A stretch of DNA of 64,000 bases from NCBI RefSeq assembly GCF_023055435.1, contig NW_025963891.1, forward strand, positions 9,920,001 to 9,984,000. The letters run 5' to 3'. Each line of letters starts with the position of its first letter. Within the stretch, counting starts at the first letter, position 1. The notes under the pieces are model-generated. The model was not told where the DNA came from. It did no database searches and was given only the letters and a program-made list of their open reading frames with translations. Positions 53,400 to 64,000 of the stretch are shown piece by piece. Position numbers and translations under genes: made by a program. The DNA comes from Haliotis rufescens. Taxonomy: Eukaryota.

Positions 53400-56167
53400 A
53401 TGAAGACCTTTTTCGCATTTGTAGTCGCTGTTGTAGCAAGCCAAGGTGAGTGTTTTAAATGGCCATGCCTTCTAACTATCCACTTCTCAGTAGCTACGAT
53501 GGTCGTGGCTAAGGCGCAGCAATATGATATTTACGGAAATCCAATTATATGCATTAATTCTTTTTCTGATGTGTTCGAATGTAAACATATTTACATTAAT
53601 CATTTTTTGACTAAAGTTGACGCGTTGACGTTTTATATTTACATGTTTTCAGCTATGGCCCTGTCGATACAGGATGGAAATGATGAGTGCGCTGATTGCA
53701 TCGCTTTCATTACTGATCGCCAGGAGATGGAACTCGAATCGATTGTACGTAAATAATACCGACTATATCCCATGATAGTTCGTAAAAATCGTGTTATTTC
53801 CAAACATACCCACTAACATATACGTACATGTTTAGAACATTATCTTTTTGATTATACACTAATGGTTTATACCCCTACCCTCAATATAATACTTAAAGTA
53901 ATGGGACCAGTCAACCAAGTGTTCGTTTCGGAATCTACTTCTGAATTTTCCAATTTCCCAAAATAAATGGGATCTGTCCAGTCTTTGGTAGAATATTGTA
54001 CTGAACCCTACTCTCATATATTTATCAGTATTCTATCTACTACACATAGATCTATTACTACATATAATTAAAAATAAGTCTACCCCAGAACGTAAGGATG
54101 TTAACATGTCACAAATACACTCATGTCTCTTCTCAACATCTAATGTACTGAGTTTTTATATAACATGTGTTTTAGGAAGAACAGGAAGCAAAAATGAACA
54201 ACGTCTGTTCTTCAATGGAACCCAGCAAGGTGGAAGAGGTGAGATAAATAATAGTTCTCAATAGTAAACAAACGGATTTCATAAACAACAAGATCAGATG
54301 TTTCATTGCAAAGAGCAATGTACTGAATATATCACAAGGTAGATAATTAAAAAGGTACAATAGTCTATATTCATAGCAAACTGTGTTGATCCTTAACGCT
54401 GTGAATTAGATAAACTAATATTCTTGAGGCTAATATTATAAAAACGCGTATTTGCAGTGTAAGACAAAAGTGCAGAAAATATGCCAGAAGAAGAAGGACA
54501 AAGTCAACAGTCAGGTAACTGTTAATTTTTACATCATCAGAAATCCTGCTCCAATCAATGGACTTATCATGAAGCACAAGATTGCGTCAGCCTACATTTG
54601 CATATACTGACATCATGAAAAAGGTGATTGATGCAAAAAGTTCAGGAAAGTACCAATCAGATGGAATTTAGATACCCGGGGAAGGAGATGGAAAACTCTA
54701 TATCAGCATTTCAGCTTACATTTCCTTTATCAGAATAATAACCTTTACCATGTTTTCACTGAGTTACACAAAATGCTGAGGATTGGACCATGTTTTTACC
54801 CTTTAACTCTATAATTATTATTGTACACTGCGAGTAAGCAAAAGGATTGGGTTTCACAACATATCATGTAATTGTGTTCACCTTCACAGACCCCTGAAGC
54901 CATCTGCAAAGCCACCAAGTACTGTCCGTCGCTTGATACCGCCAACATGAACAAACCTACAAACAAGGCAAGATTAATACCTAGTACCAGTCCTCTAGTC
55001 AACAGGTTTAGTGAGTATAACTCATCAAACTTACACACAATCAAATGAATGTCTTAACGTGTTCATGGTTTGTACAATTTACTGGGTTAGAAAGAAGGTT
55101 CGTCTTTCGTCACACTTATTGTGCTGCAATATTATTGTTACATTGGTTACAAACGAAAGTTTAAAAACTGTAGGCATAATGATGCATTCAATTTGTCATT
55201 TCATGTTTCCGTAGGTTCAAGGGAGAAGGCGATGCAAGGACTGCAAGAACTTTCTAAAAGACGTCAAAGAAAGGCAAATGGACACTGTTGTGAGTGACAA
55301 ATATTGAGAAGGTTTATCACTCCTATGTTGTTCTGGCACATTTGCATTATTTCCCCAAATACATAAAATATGTACCATCTTGTTTTAAGTTAAATTAACA
55401 AATCGTACACGTTGATGTAATGCAATCATAAAATCATGACTACGTGTAGTTAAAACTTTTCTTTTACAGGCCTCTGTAAATGAACTGATCGAAACCATGT
55501 TCTGTGAAAAGCTCAGCGAAGACCGCCAGGAACAGGTGTGTATATAGTTATCCAATCATTGTTCAGTTTTCTGATTATGATATAAATTCAGTAGTTCTTT
55601 CCTTATTGTAGTCCTAGACAATCCATGTGTTTGACACCATGAGTATCGGATACAATGACGTGCACCATTCAAGTCAGCTAGCCTGACCATCTGATCCCGT
55701 AGGTCGCCCCTCATATTGTGTTACAGTTAATTTCATAATCAGTCATGATATATATTCTTATATCATTATATAATGTGTGTATGTATACAATTTCACGTTC
55801 ATCTAATTATGTTTGAGCATTCTGTGTACTCTGTTTCAGTGTGCTGACTTTCTAGATGCAGCAATGGAAATGGAAATCGAGCTACTAGATTTGGTGGTAA
55901 GTAAATGTTGGATGTATAAGTGAGATACTCATTGTTTTGATATATACATAAACTTACACTTTACAGCCATATATGTCGATTTCTGTAGACATATCCATTA
56001 AGGACAATTATCAATATGTATGATCGGAATGAAGTATAAAACCTGGATAGTTAGAGTTAAAAGACTACTGTTTATTTAATTAAAAATATGTAAAAGAATG
56101 GAACATTTTTTTATTACAGAATGTTAAAACGTCATGCAACCTACTTGGTATGTGTGGTGCCAACTAG
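53400..56167 (+). CDS. Secreted two-domain saposin-like protein, copy 5 (most divergent copy)
   Basis: Exons 53400-53445, 53653-53744, 54176-54238, 54458-54514, 54890-54967, 55215-55289, 55470-55535, 55840-55896, 56120-56167. Intact. Differences from copy 1: H30D, S87T, T108K, G117R, V135D, K141N, I168M, K185N. Confidence 0.9.
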
Positions 56168-59100
56168 TTGTAAGGTGAGTTGTATTGAACGTGATATAGG
56201 CGAGGTAAGGTGAAGTGAGGCGGGATGAGTTTTAACATCGCGTTCAAGATTATTGCACTCCATGTGGCGGCTTGTTCTTGTCCGGACTTTATAGTGCTTG
56301 CTCACTGAGATGCCATGTCGCAGTTTCACATCGAAACCCCACTCTGACACATTATACTCAGACACCGAGCCGGCCAGTGCTTGTTGATGGTTGATGTTGC
56401 GCTAAAGGACACACGGGTGCTTTTGAACATTGCTACTCTCCTTTTACAAATTGAAATTATGTACTGTTTCGTGTTGATTCCCAAATTGAAATAGTATGTT
56501 AATCCAGAAGTCTGAACGTAAAAGAACTTCGTGTGAAACCAACAAACAACCAGCATGTTGTATACAATCAACAAATGAATTACAAAAATTAACTAGGTTT
56601 ACAAATCAGGACAAATTACTCCACAGTAATTACATTGGCGCCTCGGGCAGACGCCCTGTCCAATACACCACGGAGGTTTTCCTTCTGTCTACGCAATAGT
56701 TACACCGCTGTCTGAGGAACAAGTTTCGGTTGGAACTATTGACTGTTTGTTTCGTTTACTTCAACGCCACAATCAGCACTATTCCAGCTATATGAAGGCC
56801 TGTCTGAACCAGACACGCAATCAGCCAAATTACTGAGCCTGACCACTCGACCCATTAGGCCGCCTCTAACGACCAGCATAGGTTGATTGGGAGAAATACT
56901 TACTCTGGACCAACTGTCTTCTGCTCCCCGGACGTATGCTCTGTCCACTTTCCTGATGACTAGTCATGATATGAAATATTCTTACATTATTACACATGAC
57001 ACGGTTAACTTCAGTGTGTATTTTTGATATTGCAGATGCTGACAATGCTGCCTCTCGATCCTTCATCGCCCACGAACAACGTCACGTGTAATACATTGTC
57101 AATAAAACTTTGCATTTGACCAGAGTACTGTTGTTGCTTGGACGTTTATGTGAGATATGGAGATCATTTGTTGAACCTGTGTCATATAATAGGCACGTGA
57201 ACATTATTTAGCAATCGAATCCTAGTGGAACGCCATTTATCACACCATACATAACATAGACTCTCGACAGTCATGAACGCAAAGAAATTGGTCCAGGCTG
57301 GTCAACTGATGATCAAATGAAACTACTTTAACACATTTTTCTATTATCGTTCTATTTTGAGGATAAAGGAAGTGAGTTGGGTTTGGTTTGTCCAAGGAAC
57401 GGAACTCTGCACGGCGAATAGCGGCGCCTCAGACGACTGAACCAATCGCATCCTCATCCTTGAGGATAGACCATTATGCGGTGAACTAAATACTCAGAAC
57501 CAGACATTATACGATTAAATGAGGAAACACATGTATACAGGATCAAGACAAATGGACATAATAAGTTGTCACCAGTTAATTCCTGAAACAAATTGAAATA
57601 CAACGGTTATTGGCAAATGAACCCATTACGATTACTATTTTCAACAGATATCCTAAGAAGATAAACAGAACGAAGCTATCGCTTGTACAGCAAAGAGTGA
57701 GTGAGTTTAGGTTAACGCCTCTTTGAACAGTACGTCAGTTTCATCAGCACTCGTGATGGGTGCTATAATGCTATGTCACACATGGGTGCTCTTGAATATT
57801 GATACTCTCTTTTCATTAAGTGAAATTATATTCACTGCTCCACGGCTCAGTCATATATATCCGCTTCACCCACGGGAACTTTACCGGGGATCATGTAAAT
57901 GTACAGTGACAAAGACAATAAGGATACATGTAAGGTTCAACCATTTCATTGCATGCTACAAGTGACGGGTAATCGTGACCTAGTGTCGCACGGGATATGA
58001 TGTGGTAGTGCATGGTTGCCTAGTATTGGACAATAAGTGAAGGAAACATTACATTCCTTAGAACTATTATCAGATGGATACCAGACCTATCCTTCATTTG
58101 AATGGTTAAAGCTTCACCAACGTTACAAACTTTTAACTCAGAACTTATCAACTTGAAATATTTGAATAAACTTTAATTTTAAAGTCTCTGCAATGAGCAT
58201 GACCTTTCACGGGGCACAAAGTGCTCTTGTCTCACAAGGTAAGATATTCAGACTAACTAGTGGTCTGGTGACACTCTTGGAACATCTCCTTTCAGTCTCT
58301 TCACATTCCTGCTGTAGTACAGTTGGTCTGGTATTCATCTTGTCAGGCACTGATAATGATGTACTCGTAGTGTCTTGATGGTCATCTGGCTTCCACTGGT
58401 CAGTCGTCTTGTTGCTGGACATTACTGAATCTCACTTACAGTCACGGTCTCTGCCGATCTAGTAGTTTCCTCCCACATATGAGTGAGTGAGGAATGAGTA
58501 TGGTTTTACGCCACTTCTATATTTCAACAATATCACGAAAGGGACAACGGAACATGGGCTTCATGCATTGTACTCAGGTGGGAATAAAACCCGGGTGTTT
58601 GCCGTGACGAACTAACACTTTTACAACTAGGCTACCTCATCGTCCCTGTGATGTGCAGTACTAGATATCAATATAAATAAGGAACATTTGGTTAAAATAG
58701 AGACCAGAAAAATCCAGAAGTCCATAAGACAGTATTATCGAAGTAAGTGGTGGCGGTTGTGTATTAGTTCTTCGGTCTTGCGATCACAACCAAATGAGGA
58801 CACCAAATATAAAGTGCCGACCCGGCATTCGAACACTGGCTGCCTGCGTAAAGATTGAGCATACTGGATACTATTATAGTATAGTATGGTATAGATTATA
58901 GAACGAGACATTATGTTTTAACATGAAAAGCAGAAAGCAGTGACACCATGAGAAGCATGATATACTGTGCAAAAAGGTGAACGGACTAAAGGGATCATGG
59001 CTACTAACTCTTACATGTACTTGAAATACCTGACCAGCTTCAATGAACCTTGTATAAAAATAAATATTGCATCTTATTACATTTCATAACATTGTTTGTT

Positions 59101-59786
59101 TTGTTTATATGTAATGCACTTACTTTATTTGAATGTTCATCTGGAATATAATTATATATTAATCATTAAATATCGTAAAATATCACTGACATTAAATGTT
59201 TGGAGAATTGACATTACTTGAAGTTGATGTCATAATGCGTTATCACCCAAATAGATGTTATCCCACACCAGGGTGGTGAACACATTGCTGCGAAATCCAT
59301 AGGGAACATCGGTTTCATGCTGTAATTTTGTTTTGTCGTCAAAGCCGTATCAAGAGTCACCGAGTAGGAAACGCCGTGTCCTAACGAGTTAAGTAGCTGC
59401 TGTAATTTGGTAGACCCTTTAATGTGTCTTTAGGGCCACACCTAAAGCAAAGTGTTTTCGCATCAGCTTTCCACCACAGAGAAAAGACGAATTATGTCTT
59501 GTGAAAGAGAAAGTATTTCCTGGTTGTTATTTCCTTTTATTTCCACCAACTGCCGTTCTTTTAAAACTTTTCTCAATTACCTCAGTACAAAATTTCTTGT
59601 AGGCTTTAATGCGAGGTGTTCAGATTATATACACATTTAGTGTACTGTTTATAACATGACGCATGGTACCGCATTTCTGTACATACTGGGTCCGAGTACC
59701 CAATACGGGTCTCTTGTTTTCTCTTCAAGGATCCATTTTTGTTTTGATCGCCTTCATACATTTTGTCCTGTCCATTTTGTGATCTA

Positions 59787-61369
59787 GATCAGAAGATGTT
59801 TTGGACTTTAATTCGACGTGGGAACCAATTCCATGCCTTGAAGCAGAAGGTGTGCAAACAAGAAATGCCCAAGAAATCTGTACCATCATGCCAAACCATA
59901 TGAAACAGGTATCAAGCGACCAAGATGAGCTTCACTTTGATCAAGAGTTTAGGAAGCACATTGAGGCGCACGTGGAAAGGATACGTTTGGACATACAGGG
60001 CACTGACCAGTCATCAGTTGATCTTCTAACAAGTCCAGGGAAAAAACATCAATTTGCAAAACCCCAAAACGCAACAAGGCTGCTGGTATTGACAACATCT
60101 TTTATGAACATCTTCGATATGGTGGAAAATACCTTACAAAGTGCTTGTCAGAACTCTTTAACCTCGTTATTACATCTGGATACATTCCTGCCTAATGGAA
60201 AAGAGGCACTATCATACCGATATTCAAAGGAGGCAACATGTCTCGCGTGTTACCGGATTCCTATCGAGGGGTAACCCTATTGCCGGTATATATACAAGGT
60301 ATTTGAAGTCATTGTAAGTAGTAGAATCCAACAGCTCACCAACAGTGAATCCTTTCCATGTATACAACAACGTGGTTTCTAGAAAGGCCTTTCCTCCAGT
60401 GACACCTCCTTTATTGTACAAGAATCAATACTTCACTATAAAGAACGTTCGGACGCCATCAACTTAGCCTTCCTGGACAGTTCAAAAGCGTTTGACACAG
60501 TATGACACCAAGGACTTTTATACAAGCTGTATCATCTTGGAATCCTAGATACACTGTGGGGGATATTTGACAATAGCTACAAGTTCATCGAGAGCAGCGT
60601 CCTTGTTAATAACACAAGATCATACTGGTTTCCGTTATCAAGAGGTGTTCGGCAAGGAAGCGTCCTGTCGGCAAAACTCTACCTGCTATACATAGATGAA
60701 CTGTGAGAGAAACTGTCCACCAGCAAACTTGGTGCAGTGATCTTGGATATCCATGTAATGGCACCCACTCAAGCGGACGATGTAGCAATTGTTAGTCCAG
60801 TATCAGCAAATCTGCAGAAGATGATGACCATCTGTGAAAGATATAGTTCAGACTGGCGGTTCTCTTTCTCTCCTTCCAAGAGCCAGCTAGTCAGATATAG
60901 TGACAGAAAAGCAGCTGCTTCTAGTGTTGTACTCTATGGACGTGATATCCCAGTGACAAAAGAGCTTAAGCACGTTGGTTATATTGAACACTGAATTTAA
61001 CTCATGGTAGAGAACTCTGGAGAGCTGCTCAAAGATGAAAGCATCAGCCATGGCACTCGTCAAATCGGGACTGCATGAACGCGCTCTAAACCCCATGACA
61101 AGCTCAAAACTTATTAAGGCAATTTGTATCCCAAAGGCTATGTTTGGGTGTTATGGTCGATGATTTCCAAGGCAGAAATTCTGGCTATAGAAAGAGCACA
61201 GAGGTCCATTCTCAAAATGGTACAGGGACTTCCACGTCATACTAGGTCTGACATAGTTAATGGGTTTAGAGCGCGTTCATGCAGTCCCGATTTGACGAGT
61301 GCCATGGCTGATGCTTTCATCTTTGAGCAGCTCTCCAGAGTTCTCTACCATGAGTTAAATTCAGTGTTC
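59787..61369 (+). mobile_element. Degenerate LINE RT copy, unit 6 (3'-truncated, ends in an inverted duplication)
   Basis: ORF 60737-60994 contains APTQADDVAIV...WRFSFSPSKS. Homology breaks at 61259, followed by an inverted copy of 60986-61096. Confidence 0.9.
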
Positions 61370-62470
61370 CCAGAGATGGAAACACACGCTTTTGATTTGT
61401 TAATTGACATTTGGGCATGTTCATGTTTTTTTTATGAAATCATGCATTTTCTGAATTCAGTATGGCAAATTAAACCATTTGAACACATACAGGAGTCTTT
61501 TATCTGTTGCAAACCGAAATTGTTTCAGATTTGGTAAAAACATCACTTTGCATTAAATCTTATTCAATGTCACAGGAGCTTTTGTTGTTCAGTATAGTTT
61601 AACTTAAGCTTCAGGTATATCGATCATTTGGTATCGTTCAATAACCATCAAACAGCCAATTCCCTGATTCCCACGATTTACCCAACCCGAACTGGAAGTA
61701 AAGGAGACCAGTGAGACCGCCTCACCTGTTTCATATGTAGATCTATCCATAAAGATTCAGAGTACTAGTGATAACACACTATCCACAACACTGTATGACA
61801 AGAGGAATAACTTCAACTTTCCAATACACAACATTCCCATCATGTCGCGCAGCTCCAGCCCTTGGTGTTTTCATTTTACAGTTTTTGATTTATACTCGAA
61901 CGTGCCACTCTTGTTCAGAAGTTGTTTGATGAAGGTTAAAACATTTAAGGCTTCAGTAAAGCTTTTATGGTAGACAGGTGGAGGACATTTCCAAATTTGA
62001 CACATCAGTGACGCATCAGTGACTTGTGCCATGTGGTCCCGTGTTTTTGTCAGGTGAACAACTGACTTGCATGTGCTTGTGAGGGGTGCCGCAGATGGCG
62101 CAGGATACGCTCAATTTTTTCGCGGACTCTTGGTATCATCTCTTCTTGATAGTGATTCATAAACACATTTTCATGATATCGTCGGAATCGCAGAATGGAC
62201 TGCTCAGAAGTTTTTTGATTCAAGGCCTCAGTAAAACTTCCAAAACGTTTTATAGAAGACAGGTGGAGGACATTTCCAAATTTGTCGCATCAGTGACAAG
62301 TATGATGTCCGATGCATTTCCATATTTTAACGTGCATCATATGTTCCCGTGTTTTTTTTCAGGTGAACAATTGATTTGCCTTTGCATGTGCTTGTGACGG
62401 GTGCCACCGGTGACGCAGGACACCTGGTATCATCTCTATTTGATAGAGATTCATAAACATATGTTCATGA
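61370..62470 (+). mobile_element. Degenerate Penelope-like element RT fragment with duplicated 3' segment
   Basis: Translates as FNLSFRYIDHLVSFNN (YIDD motif decayed), ELEVKETSETASPVSYVDLSI, LYDKRNNFNFPI and APALGVFILQ. Segment ~61950-62180 is repeated at ~62225-62480. Confidence 0.75.
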
Positions 62471-62639
62471 TGTAGTCGGAGATTTCTTATGTATATGGCA
62501 AAGGTTTCTGCCGCTTTTATTTTATTTTCATGGTATATGTCTACTTAAGTATCTGTTTTATGGACGAACTATGAAAGGTTGTAAATAACTCTCATGACAG
62601 AACATTCTCTATTCTTCCATTATGACAACATTTACTTAC

Positions 62640-63625
62640 AGTTTCTCTGAGAGTGTATGAGGATAGATGAGAACATATTTCTTCCTTTAGGAAGTGTTCT
62701 ACCATTTCCTGAAATGCAAAGAACAAGGTTTCCAGTAATTGCCATTATACAGAGGCTTTCGCAAATTATTGATTTCACGCGATAATGCCCCAAAATAAAC
62801 ATTGAAATATGTGTAAGTTGTGTTTTACGCCGCTTTTAGCAATATTCCACCGATATCACGACAGGAAACACCAGAAATGGGCTTCACACATAGTACCCAG
62901 GTTGGGATTCGGACTTGGCCTCAGCCGTGACGGCGAACGCTTTGACGCGTTTGTACAATATTTCATTGAAAGTCAGCTTAAAGTGATAGACATGTCTAAA
63001 GTCACCTTCTCCTTCGAAGACTTTTGTGAGCCATTCTCCCGTTTTTCGAGGCAATGCGGTTATATACATATGAAAGTCGTTATATCTAATGCCAATAAAT
63101 AGAACAGATCATGTATTTGACAAGCAGGAAGTAGGCACTGGTCAATCAATTTCTAATTTATTCAAGTAGCATGACTCACCACGCCTTCATCTGTATCCAA
63201 TCTGGCAATTACCGCGGTGAGGGTTTCCTTACAGTTCGTACACGCATCGTCATCCTTTGAAATGATGCAGAAGAAAAAACGAATGTTTTTCGCTTATAAG
63301 CAGTTCAATTTTTACTGAACCCTCACATTGAAAATAGATATAACGATTACAACACACACGCACGTTTATAAGTTTCGCATATATGGTTGTCAAGTGAGTA
63401 GAGAGTATACCTCTGTTGATTATGTTACTAGCTGTCTTATATTCCAGTTATTAGGCAGCGATATAGCTGAAACAAATATTGATTTTCTAAGTCAAATGTG
63501 TATGAGTTGGTAAAATATCCCGTGCACAAATATACAAAGGTTGACATATAATCAACTCCTAACGCAACCAACTTACCTGACCCAACGGAGACACATAGGG
63601 CAATAATAAGAATCGAAGTATTCAT
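62640..63625 (-). CDS. Divergent secreted saposin-like paralog, 5' part only (4 exons, 77 aa; 3' exons not found)
   Basis: Minus-strand exons 63625-63577, 63466-63429, 63254-63180, 62708-62640, all with GT-AG boundaries. Product: MNTSILIIALCVSVGSAISLPNNWNIRQLDDDACTNCKETLTAVIARLDTDEGVEMVEHFLKEEICSHLSSYTLRET. It shows a signal peptide, CxxC and the third saposin Cys, with the same phase-0 intron positions as the array gene. Confidence 0.8.
62810..62946 (-). mobile_element. tRNA-derived SINE fragment in intron 3 of the minus-strand paralog
   Basis: GTTTTACGCCGCTTTTAGCAATATTCCA...ACACCAGAAATGGGCTTCACACA...CGTGACGGCGAACGCTTT matches 5918-6081. Confidence 0.75.
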
Positions 63626-63684
63626 TTTCGGGGATGAACGTAAACACGCCGTTGATGTCAGGTCAGAAGTAAACGTCATGGAGG

Positions 63685-63692
63685 TTTATATA
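63685..63692 (-). promoter_or_regulatory. TATA box of the minus-strand saposin-like paralog
   Basis: TATATAAA on the minus strand, 60 nt upstream of the ATG at 63625. The array gene has similar spacing. Confidence 0.6.
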
Positions 63693-64000
63693 CTCAGGCT
63701 AGGGTGACACCATGTGCAACCCGACGCTATTTAATTTTCCCATATGTCTTTTAATGGGTGCGTTTGACAATTTTGAAGAGAGCATTACCCTTTTTAGTTG
63801 GTGCTAATAAAGCCAATTGCCTAGTTAAAAGTGTCAGACATGTGAAATTGATATAGTCAAAATGTCTATTCCAATATGCTTAACAGCATGTGGAATTGAA
63901 ATATTCAATTTCAATATATGTTTCGCAAGAGCTATCATGTGTTTATCGATGTTGGCACACCTTTACATTATATGCTTCATAATATATTTTTAATGAATCA

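Larger units (their letters stand above)
1..61369. repeat. Tandem segmental-duplication array of a ~10-kb unit (5 complete units plus a truncated 6th; apparently continues left of the window)
   Basis: The same 3'-UTR exon start recurs at 66, 10151, 20370, 30459, 48438 and 57036. Periods are 10085, 10219, 10089, 17979 (includes a 7.5-kb insertion) and 8598 (includes deletions). Near-identical ORF sets recur in the track, e.g. 1224/11249/21528/31617/58193. Confidence 0.98.

Noticed and set aside
6515-56167. Positive selection among the saposin gene copies
   Set aside because: By hand I count 13 non-synonymous and 8 synonymous variants, below the roughly 3:1 neutral expectation. This suggests mild purifying selection; a formal dN/dS test is needed.
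1-61369. The 10-kb unit as a tandem mobile element (Helitron, Polinton or endogenous virus)
   Set aside because: No Rep/helicase, polB, integrase or capsid ORFs and no element termini were seen. The unit is an intron-containing host gene plus unrelated TE fossils.
63006-63085. Additional exon of the minus-strand paralog (PHCLEKRENG...)
   Set aside because: In-frame stops follow the only nearby acceptor, and the exon at 62708-62640 already supplies Cys3 in the correct phase.

Overview
This window is eukaryotic, AT-rich genomic DNA with spliceosomal introns. The SINE families look molluscan and resemble abalone (Haliotis) repeats, but that assignment is from recall only. Positions 1-61369 form a recent head-to-tail tandem array of a ~10-kb unit, with unit starts at about 1, 10086, 20305, 30393, 48373 and 56971; the last unit is truncated. 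Each complete unit carries a 10-exon gene that the ORF track misses. Spliced by hand, it encodes a secreted 193-aa protein with two saposin-B (SAPLIP) domains, one extra cysteine, a GRRR linker, mirror-image charge patterns in the two domains and a conserved GC-AG intron. Five intact copies are present, plus the 3'-UTR exon of a further copy to the left. The rest of each unit is decayed transposon debris: a 5'-truncated LINE RT between two Academ-type transposase remnants, several SINEs and a possible Gypsy fragment. Gene copy 4 has a 7.5-kb foldback element in intron 8, with ~2.2-2.4-kb inverted arms, 170-bp subterminal repeats and a MULE-like transposase relic. The array ends in a short fold-back inversion joined to a Penelope-like RT fragment. 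Beyond that, a divergent saposin-like paralog lies on the minus strand, with only its first four exons found. All family assignments rest on recognised motifs, not database searches.
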